A stretch of DNA of 62,879 bases, the filler included. It is 6 parts of 6 records of this genome, joined end to end, with 100 filler letters (N's around TTAATTAATTAA, not from the genome) between each part and the next. Parts side by side here need not be neighbours in the genome. Positions count along the whole stretch, not along the records: positions 1 to 14,585 come from SRR2962707_1874; positions 14,686 to 21,356 come from SRR2962707_1880; positions 21,457 to 31,485 come from SRR2962707_1881; 3 more parts are not named here. One strand, 5' to 3'. Positions 10,796 to 22,713 of the stretch are shown piece by piece (within the stretch, counting starts at the first letter, position 1; each line of letters starts with the position of its first letter). The notes under the pieces are model-generated. The model did not search any database. It saw nothing but the letters and a program-made list of their open reading frames with translations, and was not told the origin of the DNA. A program made the translations under genes and the position numbers.

Positions 10796-11344
10796 ATGCC
10801 AGAACCGATGATGAAATCACCGACGAGCGCGATCACGAACCAAGAACTACAAGCCGATTGCACTCAGTGCGCTGCAATGTGCTGCGTTGCCTTTGCCTTT
10901 GATGACGATCAGGGCTTTGAATATAATAAGCCTGCGGGAAAGCGCTGCAAATATCTAGCAAACAATAGCTTATGTTCCATTCATGAAAACCTTGCGTCCC
11001 ATAATATGGTCAGCTGCACACGCTACACCTGCTACGGCGCCGGCCAATATATCACCCAACATCTGTTTGATGGCACAAGCTGGCTTGATGATCCAAGCCT
11101 ACTAGAGCCGATGAGCAAAGCCTTTATCGAAATGACCCGCATTCAAGACCAGCTCGTGCTGATCGTCGAAGCCGAAAAGCTAAACTTGAGCGATGAATTG
11201 CGCGCCGAAATCGCCACCATCAAGGCAAATTTAATTCCAAAAGACGGCTGGTCAAAGGCCGATCTTGACGGGTTTCCAAGCTTAGCGCTCACCCGTCAAG
11301 TCAAAGCCTTTATCCAAAAGCTAAGTCCCTCAAACCTCCTCTGA
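10796..11344 (+). CDS. Cys-rich hypothetical protein (CxxCxxxCC domain)
   Basis: LQADCTQCAAMCCVAFAF...KPAGKRCKYL...CSIH...CTRYTCYGAGQ. Start uncertain between 10772 and 10811. Confidence 0.7.
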   Translation: MPEPMMKSPTSAITNQELQADCTQCAAMCCVAFAFDDDQGFEYNKPAGKRCKYLANNSLCSIHENLASHNMVSCTRYTCYGAGQYITQHLFDGTSWLDDPSLLEPMSKAFIEMTRIQDQLVLIVEAEKLNLSDELRAEIATIKANLIPKDGWSKADLDGFPSLALTRQVKAFIQKLSPSNLL

Positions 11345-12361
11345 GGAGGCTGCCCAGATATTGATATCGGCCTCATTGGCATAGCTATCAATTTGCGCCA
11401 ATTCATCAGCAGAAAATTCAAGATTTGCTACCGCACCGGCACAATCGATCACTTGCGATGCTTTTGATGCGCCGATGAGCGCCGTTGTCACACGCCCTTC
11501 GCGCAGCACCCATGCAAGCGCCATCTGCGCCAATGTCTGTCCGCGCGAACCAGCAATTTCATTCAGTGACTTAATATTCGCCAGCGCCTGATCAGAAAGC
11601 ATGTTCTCAGACAATGATTTGCCCTGCGAAGCACGGCTGCCAGAAGGCACGCCGTTTAAATATTTAGTCGTCAACATACCCTGCGCCAAAGGCGTAAAGG
11701 CAATCGAGCCGACGCCAAGATCATCCAGCGTATCAAGCAAACCATCGCGCTCCACCCAGCGGTTGAGCATATTATAGCTTGGCTGATGGATAAGGCATGG
11801 CGTACCAAGATCTTTCAAAATGGCGACCGCTTGTTTTGTACGCTCAGAATTATAAGAGGAAATCCCCGCATACAGCGCTTTGCCAGAGCGAACGATCTGG
11901 TCAAGCGCGCCCATTGTTTCTTCTAGCGGCGTATTGGGGTCAAAACGGTGCGAATAGAAAATATCGACATAATCAAGGCCCATGCGCTTTAAGCTCTGGT
12001 CGCATGATGAAATCAAATATTTGCGGCTACCCCATTCACCATAGGGGCCAGGCCACATGAGATAACCAGCCTTCGATGAAATAACCAATTCATCGCGGTA
12101 TCCGGCAAAGTCCGTGCGCAAAATTTCACCAAAGGCTGTTTCTGCTGCACCGGGCCGTGGGCCATAATTATTGGCCAGGTCAAAATGCGTGATGCCATGG
12201 TCAAATGCGGCGTGACAAATCTCACGCTTGGTTTGATGCGGTGTATCTTCACCAAAATTGTGCCAAAGCCCCAATGAAATCGCAGGCAATTGCAAACCAG
12301 AGGCGCCGCAGCGACGATAGGTCATCTTCTCATAGCGATTTTCTGCTGGTACATAAGTCAT
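11330..12361 (-). CDS. mgrA: Aldo/keto reductase, L-glyceraldehyde-3-phosphate/methylglyoxal reductase (YghZ/Gpr type)
   Basis: LPAISLGLWHNFG, HFDLANNYGP, SKAGYLMWPGPYGEWGSRKY; ATG 12361 follows RBS GGGAGAG. Confidence 0.88.
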   Translation of the reverse strand: MTYVPAENRYEKMTYRRCGASGLQLPAISLGLWHNFGEDTPHQTKREICHAAFDHGITHFDLANNYGPRPGAAETAFGEILRTDFAGYRDELVISSKAGYLMWPGPYGEWGSRKYLISSCDQSLKRMGLDYVDIFYSHRFDPNTPLEETMGALDQIVRSGKALYAGISSYNSERTKQAVAILKDLGTPCLIHQPSYNMLNRWVERDGLLDTLDDLGVGSIAFTPLAQGMLTTKYLNGVPSGSRASQGKSLSENMLSDQALANIKSLNEIAGSRGQTLAQMALAWVLREGRVTTALIGASKASQVIDCAGAVANLEFSADELAQIDSYANEADINIWAASSEEV

Positions 12362-12647
12362 GAATTCTCTCCCATGGTGAATTTGCCCAAGCGTATAACG
12401 CTGCAAACAAGACGCAAAGGGCAGTGAAGAGAAAATGCGTACGCCCGCTTAAACTTTTCAATGCCAGTCTTCTTGACTTTACGGGGTTTTGCCATCATAG
12501 AGACGCCATTGGCGCGGCATAGTTCGCGCCGCTTGCTTTCGCATGCGGCTAGACTTGGCGTCAACCATAACCGGAACGACTAATAAAAAGACGGCCTGCG
12601 TGACCTAAAATTGCGTAAGAGCTGAAATGAACACGAAAGGAAAAACG

Positions 12648-13250
12648 ATGTTCGCAGTCATAAAAACCGGCGGCAAGCAGTATCGCGTAGTCGCTGATGA
12701 CGTATTTAAAATTGAACGCCTTGAAGCCGAAGCAGGCTCTCAAATCGAATTCACGAATGTATTGATGGTCGGCAATGGCGCTGAAGTCACAATCGGCGCA
12801 CCTGAAGTTGAAGGCGCGACAGTTGTTGCTGAAGTTGTTGAACAAGGCCGCGGCCGCAAGGTCATCGCGTTCAAAAAACGCCGCCGTCAAAATTCACGCC
12901 GTAAACGCGGTCATCGCCAGTACGAAACTACAGTGCGTATCACTGAGATTCTAACAGGCGGCGCTAAAGCGTCTAAAAAAGCAGCAGCACCTAAAGCAGC
13001 AGCAAAAGAAGACACTTCAGCAGCGAAACCGCTTTTCACTGCACCTGAAGGCGATAAAGACGATCTAACAGTGATCAACGGTATCGGTCCTGTGACACAG
13101 GAACAATTTTACGAGCAGGGCCTTACAACTATCGCCCAGATCGCTAAATTGACAAAACCGCAGATCAAAAAGATCGACGATTTGCTTCCAGTAAGCACAG
13201 ATGAGCTTACCGACTGGCAGGCGCAAGCCAAAGAAATCGTTAAAAAGTAA
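12648..13250 (+). CDS. rplU: 50S ribosomal protein L21 with C-terminal extension
   Basis: [12 protein letters not shown]...[24 protein letters not shown]. Confidence 0.97.
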   Translation: MFAVIKTGGKQYRVVADDVFKIERLEAEAGSQIEFTNVLMVGNGAEVTIGAPEVEGATVVAEVVEQGRGRKVIAFKKRRRQNSRRKRGHRQYETTVRITEILTGGAKASKKAAAPKAAAKEDTSAAKPLFTAPEGDKDDLTVINGIGPVTQEQFYEQGLTTIAQIAKLTKPQIKKIDDLLPVSTDELTDWQAQAKEIVKK

Positions 13251-13370
13251 TCGGCCTTTCGTCGATAACTTAAATGAATTTGGGCACATGCCCGTAATTG
13301 TTGAAAATCTGCCCTAGAGTGCGTGTCACAATAGGGCGACCAAACCGCAAGAAGCGGCAGGAGATTAAAG

Positions 13371-13640
13371 ATGGCACATAAAAAAGCCGGTGGTTCAACG
13401 CGTAACGGTCGCGATTCAGAATCAAAACGCCTCGGCGTTAAAAAGTTCGGTGGCGAGCACGTCATTCCGGGCAACATCATTCTACGTCAACGTGGCACAC
13501 AATGGCACCCAGGTGACAATGTTGGTATTGGCAAAGACCATACCATTTTTGCAACATCTGAAGGCGCTGTTGAGTTTCGCAAGAAAGGCAATGGTCGTAC
13601 GTTCGTATCAGTCATGCCTCTACAAGCAGCCGCTGAATAA
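13371..13640 (+). CDS. rpmA: 50S ribosomal protein L27
   Basis: [24 protein letters not shown]. Confidence 0.99.
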   Translation: MAHKKAGGSTRNGRDSESKRLGVKKFGGEHVIPGNIILRQRGTQWHPGDNVGIGKDHTIFATSEGAVEFRKKGNGRTFVSVMPLQAAAE

Positions 13641-13698
13641 TCCAGGATTTGATAAGCCTGGTGTTTAATTACCCTAGGTCATCAAGATAAAGACGTTG

Positions 13699-13730
13699 AG
13701 GGAGTTGGACACCGGTTCAACTCCCTTTTT
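13699..13730 (+). terminator. Intrinsic terminator after rpmA
   Basis: AGGGAGTTG...CAACTCCCT stem followed by TTTT. Confidence 0.75.
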
Positions 13731-13754
13731 ATTAAATAAAGTCAGAGCAGATCT

Positions 13755-14381
13755 ATGATCGCCCATATCAACATGCAGCCTAAATTGTCGGTTTTCGACC
13801 TTGAGACACCTGTTCTCGAGTCAGAAAGACTAATTCTGCGTCCGCCTCATAAGGAAGACGTCGAAGATTTGGTACTCATCGGTAACAACATTGAAATTGC
13901 CGAAATGACATCACGCATGCCGCACCCTTATTCAAAAAATGATGCGATTGCCTTCATCGAGAGTTTTGAAAAAGGGCGCTATGAAGGCTGCATTTATGCG
14001 CTGACGCTCAAAGAAAGCGGCCACTTGATCGGCATGGGTTCTGTTGAAAGCGGCAAACGCTTTTCAGGCCTTGAGATCGGCTATTGGTTGGGTAAACCTT
14101 ACTGGGGCAAAGGCTATGCGACCGAAGCGGCAAGCGCACTTGTTGATTTAGCGTTCCGCGTCACCGAAACCAATATGGTTTATGCCGCATGCCGCACTAA
14201 TAATGCAGCATCACGCCGTGTCTTGCAGAAACAAGGCTATGCGTTCCAAGGCCTAGACGAAATGGATACGCTCGCCGCTGGCCGCGTTCCAATAGAGCGC
14301 TACTGTCTTCAGCGTGAAGTCTGGTTGTCAAAGATATCTGAAAGCCAAGCAAAGCCTAAAAACGCGCCTAAAAACAACTAA
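13755..14381 (+). CDS. RimJ/RimL-type GNAT acetyltransferase
   Basis: LESERLILRP, EIGYWLGKPYWGKGYATEA, NAASRRVLQKQGY; lies between rpmA and obgE. Confidence 0.9.
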   Translation: MIAHINMQPKLSVFDLETPVLESERLILRPPHKEDVEDLVLIGNNIEIAEMTSRMPHPYSKNDAIAFIESFEKGRYEGCIYALTLKESGHLIGMGSVESGKRFSGLEIGYWLGKPYWGKGYATEAASALVDLAFRVTETNMVYAACRTNNAASRRVLQKQGYAFQGLDEMDTLAAGRVPIERYCLQREVWLSKISESQAKPKNAPKNN

Positions 14382-14474
14382 GCTCCGTTAACCCGAAGCA
14401 AGGCTACCTATCGCAATTTTGAGCGCAATAGTTTAGATACTGCGTTTGAGCAAACAAAGCACATCGTCAAAACC

Positions 14475-14585
14475 ATGAAGTTTCTAGACCAAGCCAAAGT
14501 ATTTATCCGATCCGGCGACGGCGGCGCCGGTTCGGTTTCGTTTCGCCGCGAAAAATATATCGAATTTGGCGGTCCCGATGGCGGT
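14475..14585 (+). CDS. obgE: GTPase ObgE, 5' fragment truncated at contig end
   Basis: Manual translation [37 protein letters not shown]. Confidence 0.95.
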
Positions 14586-14685
14586 NNNNNNNNNNNNNNN
14601 NNNNNNNNNNNNNNNNNNNNNNNNNNNNNTTAATTAATTAANNNNNNNNNNNNNNNNNNNNNNNNNNNNNNNNNNNNNNNNNNNN
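14586..14685. other. Artificial contig spacer
   Basis: N44-TTAATTAATTAA-N44, stops in all six frames. Confidence 0.99.
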
Positions 14686-14735
14686 TTCGGTCGGTCGTTC
14701 GTTCGTTCGTTCGTTTGTATGCTCGTTTGTTCGCT
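14686..14735 (+). repeat. (TTCG)n-like microsatellite at contig edge
   Basis: ttcggtcggtcgttcgttcgttcgttcgtttg... Confidence 0.8.
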
Positions 14736-14919
14736 GGTTTGCTCACGGCGGTGGCGTGGGTCAGAGACGCCGTGAGAGGCGGAGGGAAGCAGAGGATGGT
14801 GATACGGGGTTGATTGCACATTGAATGGATGAGACGGGCTTCGATGCAACACTCGCAATGCTGCTCCTGTGTGGAGGCTGAATTTTGTGCTACGCTCGGG
14901 GCCGTTCGTTTGCCTGTAG

Positions 14920-17055
14920 GTACACATCATACTATGCCACAGACTGCTCGGACAAAAAGACCACCGACAAGGCAACCAACGTGGAAGACATTGGCGCCAA
15001 GCGTGACGTTGTCACTGTGCGAGACCCCCGTGTTGGAGGGTCTGCCACGCGCCAGCACAAGGTCTCGGTTGATATCGAGGAAGCACGCAAGGAGCTGAAT
15101 TTAAAGCCCAAAGATGCTGCCGACACATCCTCGCCGAAGAAAATTTTGGTCGGCAACGTTTGGGAGCAGATGGCCGAAGGCACTCGGTCGCTGTCGTCCC
15201 TCATGGCAGTCGCCCAAATTACGGGCCGCGAGTTTGTCCTGCCTTACGTCCAGAATACGGATACCAAAGACCTTGGCACTTCCATTTTTAAAGGCAACCG
15301 CCACGAGCCATGGGGCGAGAATCCGCGCTTTGGAACTATTTTTGAGCCCGACGAAGTTCGCAAGTGCTATCCTGAACTTACGATACACGATGCTATGGAC
15401 GAAGTTGAGATTGGCGATGACGTCCTTGGAGTCTACTTTGTCTACCCCGGCGATCGCGATCGCGATTTTAAGAACATTGTGCCCGGAGGTGAGCGCTTTG
15501 TTTTCTAGATTGTGTTGACTGCGCTGAGGCGATGGCTCCTTGCTTTTCATGACCTTGTCATCTGCCGTGCGATGTTTTTCTTCACCTTTCTTGCGACGCG
15601 AAGTCGCAAGCGGAATTATCGACTGCTCGGAGCGCGCGCTCGATACAGGCTTGCACGTGCACCAGTACGATGCTTTCGACAACTTACCTCAAATGAAGAA
15701 AGTGATCTGCCTTGATAACGACCTGCGCCATCGTTATACCACTCGCGGACTGTTTGAGGAGCTTCTTGGGGGTTACAACACACTTTACTTCATTAATTGG
15801 CGAGGTGTGCGACTGGCGTCGCACCGCGTACGTCTGCCTGACACCGACGACAAAAACCCATGGGGTAGGTTTTCGCCTGCAACGCCGCTTTTATTTCAAT
15901 TGCGAGTTACCGACAATTGCACAATCGTGACTAAACACATTCATGTGAAATGTCCGTTTGTCTTTTCCTCTTCAGGATTCTTCCCAGCAGCACGAGAGTG
16001 CATATTTGGCGGCCACCATGTGTTTAGTCGCAACCTCAACAATCTTGTAGACTCTTATGTTGCCAACGAAATGGCTGTTCAAACTGGAGGAGACTTCATG
16101 CTTGTGCATTTGCGCCTCGAAAAAGTGCAGGTTCATATTCACTGTAATTGGCAGTGCACCGCGGAAACATTTTTTTTTCGTCCTCGTTTACTTGTGCATT
16201 GGGCCATGCGTGCACAACGTGTGCTTTCCTGTCAATATCTGAAAAGGTTGCCCCTGGAATGAAGGACGGTACACTCATTGGACGATTCATCAAGTCCGTT
16301 CAAAACATTCAAAAACAAATGAGCATCACTGCTGGGTTACCTGAGGGCCAATTGGTTCCAATCTACCTGGCCTCGGATACTCTAAAGAGCCGTAGCTTTC
16401 GGCGTGGGAAGATGGACATGTTTCACGGATTTTCGACACAGTTCGCTGAGGCGATGGGTGCGTTGTTGTTTGTGTGCCTTTTTGACATTCCGAACCCATT
16501 AATATGTGCGCGAATACTGACAACAGAACCACTGTATTCCTCCTCGACTTCGTGTTTCAGGCACCTTCACTTTTGATTGCGTCGGCCACGGCCACCTCGA
16601 CAACAGCATTGCCTGCGCTGCAATTGAGTTACTCATGATGTGAGTTGACTTGACCACTGTGTCGGGGTTCAAAATGCTTCGCCGAACCATGGGATATACT
16701 GTTCACGCCTTTGTTGTTGCATGGCACAGGTCGCGTGCCAAACATGTGGTGCAGCTTGGAGCTTCCTCCTTCACGCGTTGGGGGACCGAGATGATGGTTC
16801 GTTGCCATAAATTCTCGCAATGTGTGCACCATTTCTCTCCTGCGTCTCAACACTGCTCCAACCTTGGGCATCAAACGCTGTCTTTTTTATCGATGGGTGT
16901 GTTCACACAAATATGCACAGGCCACACCATCCACGACCCGAATGGTCAACAATGGTAAGCAAGGAGTCTGTGTGTACGCCAAGAAGGAGAAGGACCTCGT
17001 AAAGTTCGGCCAGGTGTATGCAGATCTCGTGCACCCAATTGCGTTCTGCAAGTAA
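14920..17055 (+). CDS. Eukaryotic spliced gene, O-fucosyltransferase-like (GT-B) protein, probably 5'-partial
   Basis: Phase-consistent GT-AG introns at 15489-15603, 15865-15975, 16125(or 16131)-16246, 16458-16560, 16640-16729 and 16797-16920. The spliced product contains GREFVLP, FMLVHLRLEK, PIYLASD and AAIELLMMSRAKHVVQLGASSFTRW; stop TAA at 17055. Confidence 0.75.
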
Positions 17056-17542
17056 ATCAATGTTTACGAGAGCCTTTTAACCTGGGTTTTCAAGGCCCAG
17101 CATTTACTGGGCATGCGGGAAAGCCAATGACGTGAGGCATTCACACCCAGTCCAATCACTTGTTGAGTTTATTAATTTGACAACCAACACTTCAGGTTTT
17201 ACTCAAGAAAGGAACCTCGTTTGTATGCAGAAAACTCAAACGATGGCACAGCCTCGGCCAAGCTTAGCAGCTGTTCTTAATCATGTGTATCAAACGCTTC
17301 CACTTTGAGGCCGTGTCGCGGTCGGCAGCCCGAAACCACCAACTAATTGTATACACCAGTGTCAGGGGAAAAATCACATTAATCGCGCATCAAGCTGGCA
17401 TTGCAATGAAATCCAACCTTCATACCGCCACGCACCTGTTTGAGTCAATGTTTGTCACTGCAAAATCCGTTTTGTGCGGGTCTGCGCTTGCCACCGCTTC
17501 ACGCACCATCGTTGAAGAATGAAGCCAAATCAACGCGCACAC

Positions 17543-20500
17543 CTACATCACGTATTGCATGCAAAGCCCATGGGCACACACGTTCGTGAACCTTACCGGC
17601 AAGTTTGAGCATTGGTGCTCACTCCTGCAAGTTAATACACAGTTCAAGCAGAAGGCGTCGATTGTTTCAGATGAGCTTACAGTTCCGTGGGCGCTACTAC
17701 CATCATTGGAAGCGGCCGCTACCACTGGGCCAGATGTATCCTCCGGTCCGACTGGCAGTGCTTCCATCGGGGCCTCGTCGTCCTCTTCATCGTCACTACA
17801 GCCAGTTGCGATTCGCTCTTGTTTGGCGATATCGGTGTCGGTGTTTTCGACTGGTGACAGAACCCGATATTCGTGCTGCGCATCAACACCATCGTACGCA
17901 TGCTTTTGCGACTTTTGAAGCTCATCGTACGCTAAGAACTTGCTCGATAGGGAGTTATCTGTGCTGCGGACAACAATTTGTCCTTCAAAAGCAATCAGCA
18001 CCAGAAGGGCAGATTTGGTGCTTGGGCTGTCGTACCACCATAATTTCTGCTCAACAATGAAACGTGCACCACCTAAGAACACTTACCCCCACACGGCAAC
18101 CTCACAAGGGACGCTCTGAACGGAAAATATGGTCGCTCTTTGCGCGAGAAGATACTGAGAGACACAAATGCCTGAACCTGGTGTACGATTCGAAGGCCAT
18201 ATCCTCAATGCTGCGTTGTGCAGCTGCAAATGGCGAAGCAATTTTGCATGCTACAAACCAACTACAAGTACCTTGAGTTGATCTTCTAACACTGTCTTAG
18301 GCGCGGGAAAAGCGTTTTTACCAAGCCGGACAATCGAATTGATCACGCTGACCCTACAGAAATTAAGAAAAGGCACGGGCCACAACACCCAAAAAGGGTG
18401 GAGTCACACATGCAAGGCAGCCGTTCAAGTGCACAAAATTGTTGAGGAAAAACGAGCCATTCTGCGCATTGCTCGTGCGTTGGCAGATGCACCACCCAGA
18501 CGGCGCAGTTGCTCGTGTCGAAAGGGTTCGACGCCTAGTGAACACGCACACCAACACAGGCACAGAGCGTGAAAAAGGTTCTCCCAGCCTCGAGCGGTGC
18601 GAAAACATGAACTTGAGGTACGCACAACGTAGAATGACCAGTTGCGAGTTGAACGGTGGTTTGAAGTGTGCGCCGTAGCATGACGGAAAAACGCCCGACT
18701 TCGCCGTGTCAGCTTCATGTATGAGTATCTACGATTGGGTGTTGCCACCCAAACAATCGAAACACAGAATTAACTTCAAAACAAGACGGGGGTCCTGCTC
18801 GTCGTGGAAAAAGCAACAACGAAGGCCCTCAACATAAACAAGTGGACGGTGAACGCACGAGGAGTAGTCAAAGGCATTTTTTGACACCAAACTACAGCCT
18901 CGCGATGATGGGTAAACGGCTAGGCTCTGCGTTTGATGAATATGCAGCTTTGATGTTGCATTCTTGAAGGTATTGCTGAGTCCTTTAAATGCCGACGAAG
19001 TCGGTGATACAGGCGAACTGCCGCCCGCAGCAGATGCATTGCTTTCTCCGTCTTCTCGCCCAGATCGATCAACAAAGGCCACTTTTGCCATGCTGCCGTT
19101 GAGCCGGGTACATGCCTCCATAACACCATCCGCACTGATGCGAGACATTTGGAGAGCCAAAAATCAAGCACTGAGATACAGGCTAAACCAACGTCGTGCG
19201 CGCACCAAATATGAGTGCGCGCACGCACCTTAGCGATTGATCTTGGCATCGTGTTGTGCTGGCTGCAGTGGCTCGATTTCCATCTGTGTTTGCAGACGCG
19301 ACGAATTCATCTCCAGCACGAGTGAATCCTCCCTCTGGTGCAAGGTCAAACCCTCGGAACTCACAATTGGTAAGCGAGGGTTCACCAGGAAAAGCGCTGC
19401 GAAAAAACGCGCCATGGCCAACTAATGCCAATGTCTGCAGCAACCACGACAACAAGTACGTGCAGTAAAGCAATCGTTATCACTCAGTTTTCCAACATCA
19501 TGCGGCTCTGAAGCGTTTCGTTGTTGGCGTTCTTGGAGTACACCTCGACAAATGCGTACCTGGCCTGGTTGAAAATGTGTTCTGATGAAGCGCTGAAATA
19601 AATGCGCGCGGAAGTCGATTCTCCAAAAAGGCTCCGAGGGGGACCACCTGGAAATACACGCGCAACACTTGAAATTTGCGAATGAGACATCGAGCTACGT
19701 GGAAATATTCGAAAACGTACCCGTCATGAAGCTTGCGAACCGGTGCTGTACACCCAATGTCGTCCCACACCTCGGCAGGGCTGCTACTGTCGCTGTCAGC
19801 GCGGCGAGTCCCGCCTCCTCCACCACCAATACCATCACCACCACCACCACTGCTATGGGCAGCAGCTTCTTCAAATTGGATATTGGTACCGAATTCAACT
19901 GGGCCCATCACGTGGTTGAAACCACGGAGCTGAGGAAACAGCTCATTCGGGAAGTGTGCTTGAAGCAAGGCATGCGGAGAGCCAGCATTTCCAACGAGCA
20001 TGGACGTGCCATGGAACTCTCGAAGTGCTGGAATTACATGCCAAGGGCACAGTGAGCCATCCTGTCGCCCAAAAATAAACAAGCTGGGTAAGAAGTGGTG
20101 GCACCTCAAGAGTGGAAAACGAAAGCTAAGCAGGCAAATTTCAGTTCACGAACGCTGCGTTGAGTACGTCCGTGCATAACAAGGGCTGCAGTTTCCAGAG
20201 TACGGGACAGTGGCGACACGAGTACGCGGTCAAAGTTCACTGCACGCAGCGCGGCACCAGCAACCAGGGCTTGCTCCACCCCAAGGCCGGTGAGGGACGC
20301 ATCTCGGTTGGCAAAACATCCAACACTGTTTCCTGCGTTGTGATTGCCCTCGCCGTGACGAATAAACACTATTCGCCAGCCATTCTACAACAAGCGCCGG
20401 AAAATTTTCAACGGAATGACAATCACGCAAACATCAGCATGATCAATGCGGGCATGCATGCACCCGGGTTCATTCACCGTCTACGTGGCAGGTACAGACC

Positions 20501-21356
20501 TTTGGAGCTGGTGTAGCGAGCCGCGCAAGTTCTGGAAGACCGGCTCCACCATGCCCGTTCACTCCGCCATGTCCATTGATTCCGACCAGATTGTCGACGA
20601 CGGTATGGAACTTCTTGCGTCGGCCCGCAGTTTCGTTTGTGGCAAGCTGGAACCCAGTAATGGCAAACTTAGTCAAGCCCATAAACATCGAGCCAAGGAC
20701 GGATCTGCCTTTGCTTTTCTGCACGGCTCCGGACTCATCGGCAGACTGCAACTGAGCCTTGGGTGTGCGTCCATTACGATGCATTGGTTTACGATTCGTT
20801 GGGGACCCCTCGGGGCTGTCTTGGCCTTGGTTCGCGCTCAGGTCTTGATTTTTAATCGTGGTGCGGTTCGATGCGTGTTGATCACGCCCAGTGCCATGAT
20901 CTCGATCGTCGTTGGCGTACCCGAACAATTCACTGAACTCCAAATCGAAATTTTTGTGCCACATTTTCGTGTCTACAATGCGGCAATGGTGCTGCCACGC
21001 CACGTCGTGCAGAGACACCAGCGCTTTGCCATACTTCTTGAACAGCTGCACCGTCAGCTCATGGAGCCGAATGGCGCTGCCCCCGTACTTCTTGCAAATG
21101 CCAGCCACTTTCTCTGCCGAGGTCTGCATGCCTACCGCATCATACAGGGCGGCCACTTTCTCTCGAAGGACTTCAATACGCTCGGCTGGAGCAAGACCCA
21201 TCAGGTAGTCCACGGACGGGAGTGGTACAACTTCTTTGGCAACAGGAATGCTTGCAGAAGACTCGGAGCTGGCTTCCTCCTGCGACCCGCCTTGCTGTTG
21301 TTGGGCCTCGCCCACGTTATCGTCGATAGTGGTTGTTGTTGTTGTTGTTGTTGTTG
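17543..21356 (-). CDS. Eukaryotic spliced gene, multidomain protein with a histidine-phosphatase (PGM-like) domain; 5'-partial, 3' end approximate
   Basis: Introns 20499-20385 and 20153-20062 (GT-AG, phase 0) join exons giving IVFIRHGEGNHN, DASLTGLGVEQA, VSPLSRTLETA and PALREF; a later exon gives LALVGHGAFFR...LTNCE. Further exon-like ORFs continue to about 17600. Confidence 0.65.
21332..21356 (+). repeat. (GTT)n microsatellite at contig edge (poly-Thr on the coding minus strand)
   Basis: gttgttgttgttgttgttgttgttg directly before the spacer. Confidence 0.9.
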
Positions 21357-21456
21357 NNNNNNNNNNNNNNNNNNNNNNNNNNNNNNNNNNNNNNNNNNNN
21401 TTAATTAATTAANNNNNNNNNNNNNNNNNNNNNNNNNNNNNNNNNNNNNNNNNNNN
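21357..21456. other. Artificial contig spacer
   Basis: N44-TTAATTAATTAA-N44. Confidence 0.99.
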
Positions 21457-22686
21457 ATGCGCGCCCAGCAATTCGCCGGTTTTCGCGTCAAACACGGTTT
21501 TGATCATGCCCTCGGGTTCGCCCAATGCAATTGCCTTGCCGTTACCGATAAACGGGAAGCGGCCGACTTTGATCTCGAAACCCAGCTCTTTGGCCTTGGC
21601 CTCGGTATAGCCGACGGATGCAATCTGCGGGTGGCAATAGGTACAGCCCGCGATGGATTCGGGTTTCACCGGATGCGCGTGTTTGCCCGCGATCAATTCG
21701 GCAACCATGACGCCCTCGTGAGACGCCTTATGCGCCAACCACGGGGCACCGGCGATGTCACCAATCGCATAAAGACCGTCAACGCCCGTGCGGCAATATT
21801 CATCGGTCACAACATGGGTGCGGTCGACTTTGACGCCCATTTCCTCAAGGCCCAGATCTTCGACGTTGCCGACGATGCCCACGGCAGAGATCACGGTGTC
21901 AAACTCTTGCTTCTCGACCTTGCCGCCCATTTCGATATGGGCCGTAACCTTGTCAGCCGCGCGATCCAGCTGTTTGACGACAGCCTTTTGCATGATCTTC
22001 ATGCCCTGCTTTTCAAACTGCTTTTTGGCGAATTTGCTGATCTCTTCATCTTCGACGGGTAGGATGCGGTCCATCACCTCGACGACGGTCGTGTCTGCGC
22101 CCAAGGTGTTGTAAAAGCTTGCGAATTCGATGCCAATCGCGCCCGATCCAATGACCAGCAGCTTTTTCGGCATGTGGGGTGGATCCAGCGCGTCTTTGTA
22201 CATCCAGACACGTTTTCCATCTGCCTCAAGGCCCGGCAGGTTGCGCGCCCGTGCGCCGGTGGCCAGCACGATGTTTTTGGCGGTCAGGTCTTCGCTGCCC
22301 TTGTCAGTTTTCACCGAAACCTTACCCTTACCGGCAAGTTTCGCGGTGCCCATGAACACGGTAATCTTGTTCTTTTTCATCAGATGGCCGATGCCGCCCG
22401 AAAGCTGCCCCGCAACCTTGCGCGACCGTTTGACGACAGCATCCAGATCATAGCCGATATTGTCTGCTTTCAGGCCGAATTCCTTGGCCCGGTGCATCAG
22501 GTGGAACACTTCGGATGACCGCAGCAGCGCCTTGGTCGGGATGCAGCCCCAATTCAGACAGATACCCCCCAAATGCTCGCGTTCGACAATGGCCACGGAC
22601 AGCCCCAGCTGCGCACCACGGATCGCGGCGACATAGCCGCCCGGCCCGGCACCGATCACGATCAGATCAAAGGATTTTTCAGCCAT
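21457..22686 (-). CDS. lpdA: Dihydrolipoyl dehydrogenase E3, 3'-truncated
   Basis: IGAGPGGYVAAIR, GGICLNWGCIPTK disulfide motif, LAHKASHEG; start MAEKSFD at 22686. Confidence 0.96.
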
Positions 22687-22713
22687 AGGGAAACCTCGCG
22701 GCATAGAAGAGAA

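Noticed and set aside
14630-14641. TTAATTAATTAA as a biological repeat or CtrA site (also in the four other gaps)
   Set aside because: It is identical each time and centred in N runs, so it is an artificial six-frame stop linker.
20446-21408. 320-aa plus-strand ORF ending in poly-Cys
   Set aside because: It is the antisense shadow of the minus-strand eukaryotic exon; the Cys run is the (GTT)n microsatellite.
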